A DNA stretch of 56,688 nucleotides, the filler included, from Dugesia japonica (Eukaryota), in NCBI GenBank assembly GCA_001938525.1. It is 5 parts of 5 records of this genome, joined end to end, with 100 filler letters (N's around TTAATTAATTAA, not from the genome) between each part and the next. Parts side by side here need not be neighbours in the genome. Positions count along the whole stretch, not along the records: positions 1 to 15,166 come from MQRL01617580.1; 4 more parts are not named here. One strand, written 5' to 3'. Positions 1 through 13,850 of this stretch are shown in pieces. A model generated the notes under the pieces. The model did no database searches. It was given only the letters and a program-made list of their open reading frames with translations, and was not told the origin of the DNA. The position numbers were made by a program, and so were the translations under genes. Position 1 is the stretch's first letter. Every line of letters begins with the position of its first letter.

Positions 1-1452
1 CGATATTTTAGTATTTTTTAATTTACTAATTTTGAGAATTCAGGGCATCGTCGAGTTGTTCATCGAAATTATGTTGCTGAACATAATATTAGTTTTTAAC
101 TAGTTATTTGTGTTATTAACTTTAAAATTTTGTTCAGAAACAATAGATCAGTGGNNNNNNNNNNNNNNNNNNNNNNNNNNNNNNNNNNNNNNNNNNNNNN
201 NNNNNNNNNNNNNNNNNNNNNNNNNNGGTTGTTATTGAATGTTTTTAATATTTCCTCCAGATTGAATATTTTGGGTAAGTTGTGTGTGGTTTAGGTAAAA
301 TTGGTTGAAATTTTGGTTTGTTTTAAGTTAATTTGTCAAATATATCCTCATGAATGAATTTGGGTAATTTTTGAGTGATTTGGTTAATTATTTCCTCGGG
401 AATAGATAGTTTTGGTTGAATTTTAAGGAAATTCATGATAAAAGTCATATTTGTTTAAATTTTTAAGTTTTTCAAATTTTTTTATGAGAGTGTTTTATAA
501 GAATCCTGGCAACCATTTTGTTTAAATAATATGAAAATTTAAAATTTTTTAAATGAAATTTTTATGGGGGTCTGGTTGAACAGTCTAAATTTTTGAAACA
601 AAATGTTCTATATTTCAGATTTCAAGGATTTTTATAGCAAACTGCTGAGAATTTTACAGCGATCATTTCTCACAAATTAAAATTTTTCGAAAAACCTTTC
701 CTTCTCAAATAAGTTAAGAACGTAAATATTAGATACAGAATTTTTCACTGATTCCAAATCTGTTAACCTAAATCGCTAAAGTCAATACTCGATGAAATAA
801 ATAGGGTTTCATGGTGAAAATCTCAAACTTTTTACTTTTTGTACTCTATTTTCTCTGCGTACATAACTCGTATGATTTCAAATTTGGTATTATTTAACCC
901 AGGAGAAAAAAGTGACTATACAAAGTTCAAATATCGTATCGGAAAAAAGGCTTCATTACGAATATGTACCCCGTCCTTTTGGATTTGGTAGAATTTTTTG
1001 AAAAAATCAAAGGTTACTCAAAATTCGCCAAAAAGGTAACTTTTTGATAGAAAATTTTATGTTGAGTAAGAAAAATATGGTTAAAAATCACTAATCTTTA
1101 TACTTGATTAAATAAATGAAAAAAGCTAGTATTTTATATTAGTTGATCCCTGAGAAAATTTGTAAGTATGAAATTTAAATTGATAACATTAAATTAGAAA
1201 TAAGTTAATTGTATTTATTAAACTAATCATCAAAAATTTAATTTATCATAATTAAAAGTAATCAAGTAAATCGTTAAGGAAACAATAAAATCATAATTAA
1301 AGTCATATAAATTCAAATTTCACAAGTTAAATTATGTGAGAGGTATACACCTTTAAATAATAATTAAAGTAAACGGTGAACATTTAATAAAATCATCAAA
1401 TCCCACCTGATTTCATTATATTTTTTTATATAATTCTTAAAATCAAGGATAA

Positions 1453-2600
1453 TTATTGTTTTTTAATGGTCAAATTGGATGGTTGGTGATTTGTAATTAT
1501 TAAAAAATATGATGATAGTGACTGTGCAAACTCTCTCATAACTCTGGATTCAAAAGATTTTCCACAATCTAATCTTACCTCTCTTGGACATCCAAATCTC
1601 AGTATCCACTTTTCAAAAATAGCTTTTCGTATTGTTTCCTCGTCTTGCCTAGGCAATGGTATAAGAACCATATAATTACTGTACTGATCGATTATTCCAA
1701 GAATGTATTTTTTCTGTCCACTTGTTTCCCGCATTGGCCCAGATATATCTGTAAATATCACTTTAAACAAATTGGTAACTTCTAATCTCTTTATCTTCTC
1801 TTTAATTGGTGTTGTCTCTACTTTGGTCTTCTGACAAATTTCACAACTTCGAACTATTTTCTGTATTTGGCTGCACAAATTCTTTGCAGTGTATTTTTTC
1901 TCGTATATTCGTACACCTTTTTAACTCCTGCATGACATAATAATTTATGTATTTCTTCTATTGTTTCATGTAATTTGTCATCCGGAATTTTCATTTTCTT
2001 GATCAAATCTGTTTCCTCAGAAATGTTTAAATAATCGTCATTTGCCTTTTCAATTATTTTCAGTATTCTCGTTTTAATCTTCCCATTNNTGGCATCTTCA
2101 TNTGACATTTGACATTGTACACATNNCTCACATCTTGCTCTAAATAACATATCTGCATTAGCATGTTGAATTCCTTTTCTATATTCTAAAACCATATTTA
2201 AACTGCTCAGATAATTAATCCATGTCTTGAATTGTGACGTAATTTATTTCTTCGTCGTCATCATCATGAAAGTTAGAGCTTTATGATTTGTTCTAAGAGT
2301 AAATCTTCTACCATACAAGTATTGATTGAAATGTATACAGAAATAATAAACAGCCAATAACTCCTTTCGTGTAATGAAGTAGCCCTTTTCATGACTTGTC
2401 ATTGAGTGTGATCCATAGGCAACAACTCTTTATCTTCCTTCTTTATCTCTCTGTGACAATACTGCTCGAATTGTATCGAAACTGGCATCTGTATCTAATA
2501 TAAATTCTTTGTCTATGTCCAGAAAACACAATATTGGTGCAGTCATTAAAGATTTTTTCAGACCCTCAAAAGTTTAATTTATTCCATCTGTCCATTCTAA
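1453..2600 (-). mobile_element. Ty3/gypsy LTR retrotransposon pol relic (RNase H, integrase zinc finger, integrase core)
   Basis: Minus-strand translation gives APILCFLDIDKEFILDTDAS...VVAYGSHSMTSHEKGY..TRKELLAV...LYGRRFTLRTNHKAL (RNase H), LEYRKGIQHANADML, HKLLCHAG...CEICQ (HHCC) and FTDISGP...GIIDQYS...RFGCPREVRLDCG (DDE core). In-frame stops and a frameshift are present. Confidence 0.93.
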
Positions 2601-2829
2601 TTTTTTGTTGCTTAGAAAATTTCTTAAGAAGGGGGTTATGAGGAAATAATTATTATTTAATAATTTTGAGTCAATATAAATTGAGTTAATTCTGGATAAA
2701 GATTTTTAANNNNNNNNNNNNNNNNNNNNNNNNNNNNNNNNNNNNNNNNNNNNNNNNNNNNNNNNNNNNNNACAATATGAATTCTGATATGCAAAATGAA
2801 TAAACAATTAAAGACTTACCTAACATACT

Positions 2830-3010
2830 GCGAAATACCAAGTCTGTTCCATCCTATGTATAATATCGAGACTTCACATACCATGTAAAATATCAAGAAT
2901 GTTTCATATCTTGTAATAATATCTTACAAAATATCAAGACTGCCGCATACCATGCTAAATATAGAAATTCCCCTTGTTAAATATCAAGACTGCTCCATCT
3001 TATACATAAA
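2830..3010. repeat. Degenerate minisatellite, ~27-30 bp unit (AAATATCAAGACTG..CAT..TGTA)
   Basis: About six imperfect copies, e.g. aaatatcaagactgccgcataccatg and aaatatcaagactgctccatcttat. Confidence 0.6.
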
Positions 3011-6000
3011 TATAACGTCTGGTAAAAAAATTTTAAATTTCCAACGCAAAGATAAATTTTTGAATTTCCCGCCATAAAAGTAACAAGACTCTCCTCTACG
3101 TTCATCTAATTCATCATTTTAAGCAAAATTAAGATTTCAAAATATAATGACGTCATACACACCCGCCTGAAAAATTTCAAATATATCTTATACAATCCGA
3201 TAATTAATTGTTTTTCCAGACATACCACACTCCCCCACCCGAAAAAATATTTTAACACACTTATATTACTAACAAAAATCAACCAATCAAATTAAAGTTT
3301 TTAAAATAAAATATAATTATTATTCCACCAGGTTTCTTTTGGATTAAAGAGTCCAGAAAAGTAATCAGAAAATCAATTGACATCTCAAAAGTGAATTTAA
3401 TGTTAACACTTANNNNNNNNNNNNNNNNNNNNNNNNNNNNNNNNNNNNNNNNNNNNNNNNNNNNNNNNNNNNNNNNNNNNNNNNNNNNNNNNNNNNNNNN
3501 NNNNNNNNNNNNNNNNNNNNNTTGATTTTTAATAATAATAATAATAATGTTGAGTTACACATAACATGCAAACATTACTCACAGCATACATATAACATGC
3601 AAAACATAACACAGCATGCAGAAGACATACTCAACGTGTATCAGGCAGAATCCTAAAGCAGATCCAATGTAAATCAACCTGTCAAAGTCAAATCCCAAGC
3701 AGATCCAATTCAAATCGATCTGACTTATCTATTATCTGATCTATCTATTGTTTATCTGTAATATTTGACTTAAACAATTTATTTAATTCCGTTGAATTGA
3801 ACATTTTATTTTATAATTCATGAATTAAATATTGTATTTATTTTGTTTTTAATTTATTGAATTTATTTTATTTTATTTTTATGGTAAAGTATTTTTATAT
3901 AAAAATTTTATTTTGAAAACAATTATTTTTGTGAAAAATGTTTAAATGAATAAAGATTTTTATTGCAAATGTAAAGTTAGTTTTGAAAATTTTATTGTAG
4001 NNNNNNNNNNNNNNNNNNNNNNNNNNNNNNNNNNNNNNNNNNNNNNNNNNNNNNNNNNNNNNNNNNNNNNNNNNNNNNNNNNNNNNNNNNNNNNNNNNNN
4101 NNNNNNNNNNNNNNNNNNNNNNNNNNNNNNNNNNNNNNNNNNNNNNNNNNNNNNNNNNNNNNNNNAATAAAAGTATTTCAAAAGGTTGATTTTATTTATT
4201 TATATAAGACAATACACTATATCAGTATATTTATCGTGTTACATATTATTTATATAATACGGTATCAACACACACATAGAGATAAAGAATTTAACACCCA
4301 TAAAATCTTAATTATATTTTGTACGAACCATAAAATCTTTTGTTGAGTTGTAATACCCAACAATAATAATAATAATAATAATAATGAATTAAATATGAAA
4401 TTTCATCAAATTAATGTTTTGCGTTATTATTTTATATTTTGAAATTATTGCATATTTCTAGTTGATTTTGTTTACTGTAAATTAATATAATAAAACTGAA
4501 TTTATTCTGAAAAATATTTCAAATAATTAATTTCAAATGAAATTATTTCAAATAATCATTTAGCATTTCAAAGACAAGTATTGGAACACTGACATTGATT
4601 AACTCATTTTCAGACATCCCATCAGATAAAGTGTGGGAATTATTTGCAATTAACGTTCTAATATTCTACCAAAGATGTTCACAATATTCTGTTCTCGTCA
4701 AATTTATAATTTCAAAATAAAACCTAACGACAAATAAAGAAAATTTTATTGATAAATTAAAAGAAATCACATATCAGTCCGTATTTTAGTTTATTGATTT
4801 TGTTTAATAATTTCAGATAGTTTTTGTAACAATTTTATCAGTTCGCTTTTGAAATATTAATGATGATTTATGTATTTATTTTCAAGAAATTAGGCCAAGT
4901 TACAAAAATTGTTTATAATTATATTTTGTAATGCTGAAATGTTTAAATTTATTGATTTTTAACATTATTATAACTGAATGTTCGTGAAGTTACACGATTT
5001 AACAATCCNAGATAATAATCCAATAATATCCACAAAACTTGCAAGTAACTAAATAAAGTAAAATATTTTATCTTTCAAATTAAAACCTTGCACAAAGCTA
5101 TTATCATTTTTATTTTGGTCTAAGAAGTTTATAATAAATCTTGATTGCGTTTTCTGTATAGGTTGAATTATTAAATTATTATGAATTTATTTCATTGCTT
5201 TGTGTTCTTATTTATCTCTTCATTCTCTGTTTCTTGTCTCCGTCTTTTTTGTTGCTTTTACTTTACCTTATTCATTGCTTTCTATGTTTTGATTGATGGT
5301 TTCNNNNNNNNNNNNNNNNNNNNNNNNNNNNNNNNNNNNNNNNNNNNNNNNNNNNNNNNNNNNNNNNNNNNNNNNNNNNNNNNNNNNNNNNNNNNNNNNN
5401 NNNNNNNNNNNNNNNNNNNNNNNNNNNNNNNNNNNNNNNNNNNNNNNNNNNNNNNNNNNNNNNNNNNNNNNNNNNNNNNNNNNNNAATTATATGTTAACA
5501 TTTTCAATTAATTTTTCTGATAAATTAGAGAAATGTTTAATTTATTATTTTGCTTTATTTGGATAAATATCATGTATTTTGGTACGCAAATATTTTTTAA
5601 AGTTTTTTTTAATAAATTTGTTTAGGTGTTTCTAGTTCTAAACTCGGAAAAAATAACTATAATTTGACGTATGAAAAAATTTATTATTGCGAGCGTCCTT
5701 CAGAAAATGTATGTTGTGATATTTTNTAATTTTTATTTTTTAAATATTTATTCAAAGTAATTCAAAACTCAAGTTAATTTCTGTAATATTTTAAAATATC
5801 ATATAATGATCATACCAATGAGAAGAATACAAACTGAAATAAATATCGAGTTTTTAGTTTAAACTTATTTGTTTTAATTGATGTTTATTTTTTCTAATTA
5901 ATGAAAATGTTCAAAATATAAATACACTGACTTTGAAATGGATAAAATAATAACATATAAATAATAACAATAAGTATAAATAAAACAATAAAAACCATTT

Positions 6001-6699
6001 TATTATTCAAATAAATTTACACTTTCTAAACATTTTATGGTGTTCTTGGTAACATGCCTTTCATAGTTTTCGATTTGTCTACTTGTTAAAATGGAATTAA
6101 AATTATTATTTATTCTTTTTACATATTGACTTAATTCCGGGTGTTATTTCAATTGCGTTTTTCCCATATTCTGACCTCGCAGAAAACATGATTATTCATC
6201 CTTCATTTGTTTTTTCAAGAAACCAACTACAATAGCTTTGTCTTCCATCAGCGATATGTTTATTGTTTTTATTTATATGTTATTGTTTTATCTATTAAAA
6301 AGTCATTGTATTTATATTTTGAAAATATTCATTAATAAAAAAAATATTTATCAATTAAAAAAAAATTTCAACTAACAACTCTAGAAATAAAAGTAAATTT
6401 TGGAAACTAAAATTTAAATTTCATTTAGAAAAATTTAATTTTTAATTTTAAAAATTTGNATTAAATTTTTTTAAATTTCTCATTTTATTAAGTAGAAAAT
6501 TATTTTTCGAAAAGATTATTAAAATTTTATTATATTTTTTACCGATATATTAAATATTAAAGATAAATTTTCTACTCAATAAAATTTAAAAAAAAAAAAC
6601 TCAGTCTCCGTTATTGATTATCTTTGCAACCAATTAAAATATAAAAACCAAAAACATATTTGTTTTACAAATATTGTCATAGAATTTATAAAGTAGGTC

Positions 6700-6957
6700 T
6701 CTCTAGTTGGGCCCTAATGCAACCATCAAAATTGGGCGCCTGTTAATTTATTTATGAGTAGAATTTCATATTTTAATAACATAATTAAATAATTATAATT
6801 AAAATAAAAGTAACAATTACTAAAATTTTAACAGTTTTTTTTCTGCTTTCGCATTAGCAAAATTTTTATTTAAATCACTCAAGNCTATTTTTGCCACTTC
6901 TGTTGATTCAATAGCTAGAAAAGCGAGATCTTTAAGTCTATTTTGAGCTGTCACTGG
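6700..6957 (-). mobile_element. hAT transposase 3' fragment (end of C-terminal dimerisation domain)
   Basis: Minus strand reads TAQNRLKDLAFLAIESTEVAKIxLSDLNKNFANAKAEKK, matching the hAT C-terminal pattern Q.RL..LA.L.IE....FA..KARK. A GC-rich GGGCCC/GGGCGCC motif follows at ~6705-6742. Confidence 0.7.
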
Positions 6958-6985
6958 AAGTGTAAAAAAATAATATTAAAACAAT

Positions 6986-7700
6986 AGCAGATAGATTATA
7001 ACGCATTGGATCAGTCCCATCCCCGTCGACAAAGTAGTCCAGAGATTTATGTGATCTAGAAGTGTAGGATTTTGATTACGATAAAAATATTTTTGATTTC
7101 AAATTTTTTAGATCGAACTTTCGCTCGGTAAGTTAGAAAATGCAAATATTTGGTTCAAATTTCTTCGGCGAATTTTTATGGTATGGTTTCAGATTTAGTA
7201 TAGATGAATGTAAAATTAAAAACTAAATGATTTGCTGTATAAATATTTTTAGTTTCCAAGAAAAAGGTAGTAGGAAAGGAATTTTCTGACCCAATAATGA
7301 TTGTATCACTTTGAACTTGGTATCATTAGACTTAAAATAAAAAGTTTTCTATAAATTGTTTAAAGGAACTATAGTAAAAAATGCATCGTTCAGGAAATAA
7401 TATATAATTATATAATTAATTATAAATTATAATTAAAAGTAACATAATAATAATAATTTTCAAAATATTTTATACCATTCAATTCAGAATTTAACATTAT
7501 AGAATTATAACTTTACTTTTTTCAAAGCATGCTTGTTTCTCAGAAAAGTTTGTAGCGCACTGGATCAGTGCCCCGCCCCATCCCATAGTGATTTAGAAGA
7601 TTTTTAATGAAAACCGGTATCATTGGATAGAGAATTAAAAAGTAAGTCAGGAATTTATCCACGCATTTTTTCTGAAAATGCTTCCTTCCATATAAAAATT
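6986..7700 (+). mobile_element. Fragment of the AGTAGATAGA-terminus non-coding element family (putative Polinton-derived)
   Basis: Starts AGCAGATAGAT...ttggatcag..cccc..gacaaagtagtccagagattt.tgtgatc, homologous to the TIRs of 18642-19157. Carries repeated GGTATCATT(A/G)GA motifs at 7319 and 7616. Confidence 0.55.
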
Positions 7701-7763
7701 AAAAATGCGTAGGCTAATTTAACTATTTTTTAATTAAATTTCAAAATTTTACATAGTAATTAT

Positions 7764-8000
7764 AGTTTTACAATTATAATTACTGCGAGAATAATTTTTG
7801 AACGTTGAACCATTAATCATTTTTGAGATTTCATGAAAATAAAGCTACTATCAAATTTATTTTTGTTTTTAATAATAATTTTAATTTTCGACTTTGTCTT
7901 TGTCAGGAATGGACTTTTTTGTTACTAATTTTTGACTAAGACGAAGTCAAAAATTATAATTATTATCAAAAACAAAAATAAATTTGATCGAAGCTTTATT
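7764..8000. mobile_element. Palindromic (foldback) MITE family copy, truncated at 8001
   Basis: The arms aaagcta.tatcaaatttatttttgttttt.ataataatt..aattttcgacttt and aagtc.aaaattataattattatcaaaaacaaaaataaatttgatcgaagcttt are inverted. The same family occurs at ~22530, 25250, 38125, 43345, 43678 and 47910-48080. Confidence 0.8.
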
Positions 8001-8600
8001 AGTAGATGGATACGTCAACACTGGCTCACCCCCTCTCACCCCACCGACGAAGTAAGTTAGTAATTTGAGTGAACCAGTAATAAAACATTTTTATTGGTCG
8101 TTACGATGACGCAAAAATGTTTTTCGAATTTGGGTTGGAACGGCTGAAAATTTGCTCTTGAAGGTTAAAAATTCGAATTTTGGGTCCATTTTTTTGTACT
8201 ATTTCAAGTTTAGTCTTGTTGAACTAAGAATCAAAACCTAAACATTTATTGCATAGAGTTTGGTGTAAAATTTGGCTTGGTTCTCTCAGAAAAGGTATGT
8301 CAAAACTGGCTCAATCGACATTGATGCATAAATTTCTAAACAAAATCTTATCATATCGCTTTGTAAATGATAATATTCGATTCAAAATAAAATTCTAAAT
8401 ATTTCATGTATATGGTTTGCTGTAAAAATATGCATAGTTCAAAAGATAGAAAATTGCCAGGAGCCATGTCTTACTGAGGGTGAAAAATTATTTTTTCTGG
8501 AAATACTAATGATAAAATAAAAAATTTGGTATTGTTCAACTCAGAAATAAACATTGAACATTTTTCATGTATGATTTGCTATATGAATTGTGAGTATGTT
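8001..8600 (+). mobile_element. Left end of an AGTAGAT-terminus element (putative Polinton-derived)
   Basis: AGTAGATGGATACGTCAACACTGGCTCACCCC resembles the right TIR of 18642-19157 (reverse complement AGTAGATAGATACCTCATCACTGGATCATACCCC). It cuts off the preceding palindromic MITE. Right boundary uncertain. Confidence 0.55.
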
Positions 8601-8900
8601 TTGAAAAGCGAGTTGAAAATTTTATGTGGTTGTTAATCGTTTTTCTGAAAATCTTTTTGAAAAAGATTTAAATTGAAATAAAAAATTAAATGACAAATAA
8701 GGAATTGTTTTAAATTTTGAAATTAAGTTTTGAGAAATGAATTGAAAATTTATTTTAAAATTTGAATAAAAAATCAAATGAATTTAAATAGATTTTAAAA
8801 GATTTTAAGAAACAATCACTAATTTAAAACAGGAATTTAATTTGTTTAAAAACACAATTAGTGTTGTTATAGTTTTGATAATGAAATAACTTTTATAGAG

Positions 8901-11285
8901 TTGAATTTTGATGTTAATAATCCGAGTTCTCAAAACTCATCTAACATGGTGGCAGCGGTAAATACCGATGCGATCACAGAAAGATTGCTGCCAAAAATAT
9001 TTTGCAGAGGCGATGATCTAGAGAAGTTTTTTAAGCGGTGTGAAATATACTTCAAGACAAAGAACATGGTTCTTAAGGAGCGCTTACTAATATGTATGCT
9101 TGATGAAGGCTTGATTGAAGCATATGTAAAAACACTAAAGAAAGCGGATGCATATTGAGAGAGATTTCGATTAGTTTTTTAGAGCAAGAGAGACATAATA
9201 AAAGATTTACAGAATCTTGTAAGCTATCAACGTGATGATGAAGAACTGGAGGTGTATTTTAAAAAAGTGGAAGATTTGGTCGATAAACTTTTCGCAAATA
9301 GAGAGTTGACGAAAGAAAAACTCTTATAAAAAATGCTAATAATTTTTGCAAATAGTAAAAAAGCAGAAGAAGAGATTATCATTCGAAAATTGGAGAAAGT
9401 AGAAGATATAAAAGAAACGTTATCTTTAGTTGAGAAAGTAGAAAGAAGAGAACCCATTAACGTAGTGAAGAGTTAAGTGGGTGTAACACGTGGTAAGCGT
9501 TCCGGAGAAAGGAGACAAAATATGGAGAGAGTTACACAAAGAACAGAACCACAGTGTTGGACATGCCAGAGTTATAGCATACAAAAAGAGAGTGTCCAAA
9601 AAATTCTCATGTGGAATGTTGGATTTGTCACAAAAAAGTGCATTTTAATAGAAATTGTCCTGACAAGTAACCATCAAAATGTTTTGGGTGTGGTAAAATT
9701 GGTCATATCAGAAGTATGTGCACAGAAATTGTATGTGGTAGATGTAAAAAACCAGGTTACAGAGCAGAAGAATGTTATTCANNNNNNNNNNNNNNNNNNN
9801 NNNNNNNNNNNNNNNNNNNNNNNNNNNNNNNNNNNNNNNNNNNNNNNNNNNNNNNNNNNNNNNNNNNNNNNNNNNNNNNNNNNNNNNNNNNNNNNNNNNN
9901 NNNNNNNNNNNNNNNNNNNNNNNNNNNNNNNNNNNNNNNNNNNNNNNNNNNNNNNNNNNAAATGAGCAAAGTTGGAGAAAAAGTTTACAGATTCCTGAAA
10001 AGAGAAAGTTTTAATGATGCGGAAGTTAACAAAGCATAAGTGATAAGAAAATTTGAAGAGAAACAGAATGTAAACATTTTGCATGATAAAATGCAACGAA
10101 AAAACGTAGCATTTCAGTGATGATCAAGGGTGAACCATTTGATTATTTGTTAGATACAGGAGCAAGAATAAATGTGATGAGCCTGAAAGCATTTAATAGA
10201 CTCCGAGAAACAATGTTAGAGAAAAGCAAAAAACGGTAGCATTGCTCAAATAACAGCTCGTTGGAGACGATTGGAAAGATACTTGTAGAAGTTGTAGTTT
10301 CAGAGGTGTGTAAGGAAGTAAAATTTATAAAAGTAGAAAAATTAATACCAAATCTAACTTGTGGAGTTAAATTTCAGAATACTTTTGGGTATCATCCTCA
10401 ACAAAAGTACAAGATAGACATCAATAATCATCGAGAAAGATTTGTTTGCAACATCAAGGGAAAATCTGGAAGGCAGATACAAACGGGTGAACGATTAAGA
10501 CATTCAATAGAGATTTTAGAAATTAAAAAAGATCATAAATTGACTGCGATTATTCAGAGTACTGAGGATGTTTCTATATCGCATAAATGGGTAATTTGAT
10601 GCACACACTTACCGAAGCATCGAATAATCACTAAAAGAGGTCAAATCAACATAAAACCGTATCGCCAACCACTGAGTCAAGAGGAGAAGATTGAAGAGGC
10701 CATTAAAAATATTTAAGATTATGGTATCATCCGGAAATGTAATTCGCAATGGAATATGCTATTAATCTGTGTAGGGAAAAAGGAAAAAAAAGAATATACG
10801 ATTATTCTTAGACTTTAGACAGCTCAATGCAATAACAGAAAGACAAGCTTTTTCTATGCCAAATGTGGACGAAATGCTATATGCTTTGGAAGGTACACGG
10901 TATTTTAGCTCAATAGACTTAGGAAATGCATACTATCAAGTNNNNNNNNNNNNNNNNNNNNNNNNNNNNNNNNNNNNNNNNNNNNNNNNNNNNNNNNNNN
11001 NNNNNNNNNNNNNNNNNNNNNNNNNNNNNNNNNNNNNNNNNNNNNNNNNNNNNNNNNNNNNNNNNNNNNNNGAAAAATAAAAGGAGCGATGGTTTATCTA
11101 GATGATATTCTCACATTTAGCGAAAGAAAGGAGCAACATTACGAAATAAACAATAAAGTATTAACAGAAATTAAGAAAGCTGGTCTTAGAGTTAATTCAA
11201 TTAACTCAAAAGAAGATCAAGTCTTTGGGACTTGTTATCAGTAAATAAGGGGTCAAAACAGATCCAACTAAAATAGAAGCAATTA
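8901..11285 (+). mobile_element. Ty3/gypsy relic: gag (four CCHC knuckles), protease, reverse transcriptase
   Basis: Knuckles CWTC..H..EC, CWICHKKVHFNRNC, CFGCGKIGHIRSMC and CGRCKKPGYRAEEC at 9556-9780; protease DYLLDTGA at ~10141; RT motifs LDFRQLN, MPNVDEML..L.G.RYFSSIDLGNAYYQ, MVYLDDI (~11090) and KTDPTKIEAI. Many stops and frameshifts. Confidence 0.93.
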
Positions 11286-11289
11286 CATT

Positions 11290-12337
11290 GAACATAAACA
11301 TATTAAAATCCTGCTAATGACAACATTAAACACTGGCAAAATTCAAATTTATAAAATTTGTAGACAAAATTTTGATAATAATTTAGAACATACAAATTTA
11401 AATTACAAGATTTATTCATTACACATAATTTTTTCTAATAGTACATATTTTTCTAGACTTAATTCGGTTAAATTACATTACCAAAAATACATCTTATACA
11501 TTAAAATACCATTACTTTCATTAAATTCATCAATTTAAGCAATATACATAATTTTTTCCAAAATAAATATTTAAAAAAATTATGACGTCATAACCACCGG
11601 ACAGAAAAATTTCAAATAAATCTTATAAAATACGATAATTAATTCTCTTTCCANNNNNNNNNNNNNNNNNNNNNNNNNNNNNNNNNNNNNNNNNNNNNNN
11701 NNNNNNNNNNNNNNNNNNNNNNNNNNNNNNNNNNNNNNNNNNNNNNNNNNNNNCACATTTGACAACCAACATCTTCCACTCATGTTACCTCTCCAACAAA
11801 TCATTAACCAAGAAATTCCATCTACCACATACAAACCTACAACCTCCATAAAAACTGCACACGATAACTCATACGACTGTGCCGTGTGCCACCACCCTTG
11901 TAGTACGAACCATCCATCCAAACTCATAAGTCCTTTAGACAATATATAGACCATATCTATATCCAACAACAACCAAATCTTTAAAACAACAAAAAAATTA
12001 TCTCCAAGATCTCCAGCTCTTCCTCCTCATTTTTTACACTCTTACACACACACAAACACAACTTGACCTACTTTTTAAAAACCACCTTAGCAACCCAAAC
12101 ACACACAAAATGTAAAAATACACACACACTTTCAGGATCAAAAAAACTGATCTGATAAAAAAATTGATCCGATCAAAATTTTTTGATCCCAAAAATCTTA
12201 GAAAAAAACTAGCACAAAAATCAAGTATAAAAATGCATATCAAGCGCAATGGGTTTCCGAGCCCCCCACGGGAGCAGGGGGTAATTTAGAAATTGGGCCC
12301 GAATTAAATTGTGCCCGTGTGCCACTATCTATCTACT
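11290..12337 (-). mobile_element. Terminal segment of an AGTAGATAGATAG element (putative Polinton TIR region)
   Basis: Ends in ...GCCACTATCTATCTACT at 12337, nearly the same terminus as 31053 (AGTAGATAGATAGTGGC). Shows strong C/A strand skew. 11578-11653 resembles 3143-3220. Confidence 0.5.
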
Positions 12338-12999
12338 ATATATATATCTTAAATAACTTGACACTCATACATCCAAAAAATGTTTTAACTAAACCATAAA
12401 GTTTTTCATCTTATTTCGCATCCAACGAATCGAAATCTGTTGCTAAAACCTTTAAATAATTGTAAAATTATAAAGTTAAAGAATTTAAACATTAAAAAAT
12501 TAAAAAATTAAAAAAATATTGTTACTCTTATTTTTAAATTACCAAATTTTTAGAACACGTCTTTGGCGAGTGAATTTTGTGTAATATAAAAAGACGCCGG
12601 TTTCTTAATAGTAATCCTTTATTCAATGTACAGACAATAATTTTATTCTGATTTCAATAGAACGAGATTAAAAACCGTTCAATAACTTTTTATAAAGAAA
12701 ATTATAAACCAAATTCAACAGTCACACGCAAATTTTAGACCAGTGAAAACTAAAATAAATATATTTTTTAACTGAAATGTAACGATCAATCGAATTACAA
12801 AATTTTGTACCCACTTTACCTGTTGGGTAGGAAGCAGACCGAGTACACTGATATCTAACTACTTGAGAAGAAACACCACTAAGCAGTTTCATCAGGTATA
12901 ACCAGGAATTGTAAGCAATACATTGGGGATTCAGTTGCTACTTATTTGATGTTCACTTTANTTAAAAAATAATTTTATAATTATTAATTTTCTAGAGTA

Positions 13000-13850
13000 T
13001 CGTAGTACATACAATTCGATGTTTTTTTGATCCAAGAGAAAATATGACAATTTTTGTTCAACACAATTGTTCAAAACCGAATAATGAATCAGAAAATTGT
13101 GGTAACAAATACGTAGAGTAAATATTTTCATTAATTCAATAAATCTTTTAAAATGTATTTCAATTGTAATATAATATACAAGAAAAAATATACAAGCACA
13201 ATAATAAATATATAACGACTTTGAACCGAAACTATACCAAAAATCGGATATATTTGCTTAAAATATACCCAATCTTTGTATTTATCCACTTTACTTTCCC
13301 ATTTAAATCTAGTTATTTATGAGTTCAATTATAAATTGTAATTGATGTTGCTTGTGCAATAATTCAATGTATCTAGTAAATGATCATTCAACAATAATTA
13401 TAATAGTTTTTCTAACTTAATGTTCCATACCTTTACGAAAATTACTATCTATGTTACTGGCAACTGTATTTATCTCACAACATTCTTTTCAGTACTTTTC
13501 TATCTCAATATATTGTTACTNNNNNNNNNNNNNNNTACTTAGATCTATTAAAGTCTGTCCAATATAGCTTGGTCGATTATAACATAGAATCTCCTTATCG
13601 AGTTTGACTCCTATTAAATAATTATCAATTTATATTTTTCATCTTGCTTATTAGGAATATGTTATTAACGTTTTGGTTGAATTGGTTTTTCTTAAATTTA
13701 TCTATTTATTTCAAATGTCTACAGTTTTTCAATGAAGGCTATTATTTTTTGTAATTTTTTAATTTTTTTAAAATTAAACAGTAATGCATCTTTGTGACGT
13801 TAACACCTAACTGTAAATACATTTTCAGCATCATCCAGTACATAATTGAT
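13000..13850 (-). pseudogene. Second, heavily decayed Polinton-type pPolB fragment (polymerase domain)
   Basis: Minus-strand pieces MLKMYLQLGVNVTKMH, NNSLH*KTVD, IGVKLDKEILCYNRPSYIGQTLIDLS, QYIEIEKY*..EINTVASNIDS and LLDTLNY...RFKWESKVDKYKDWVYFK are collinear with KLLNNALYSKTVEN, LEKDTICLDKPSYIGQVVLDLSK, HYEELEKY..IIAGNTNS and LLDTSNY..LFKDEGEGEDYTEWIFLR in the pPolB at 53745-56688. Confidence 0.85.

Noticed and set aside
3946-5511. ORFs rich in X residues
   Set aside because: They are open only because they run through N gaps.
8001-12337. Single AGTAG...CTACT element enclosing the gypsy 5' half
   Set aside because: The ends diverge after about 13 nt and the flanks (TTTATT versus ATATAT) do not form a TSD.
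12820-12940. GC-richer open stretch on the minus strand (QLNPQCIAYNSWLYLMKLL...) ending at a GT donor
   Set aside because: No recognisable motif; it may be element-derived and I cannot support a call.
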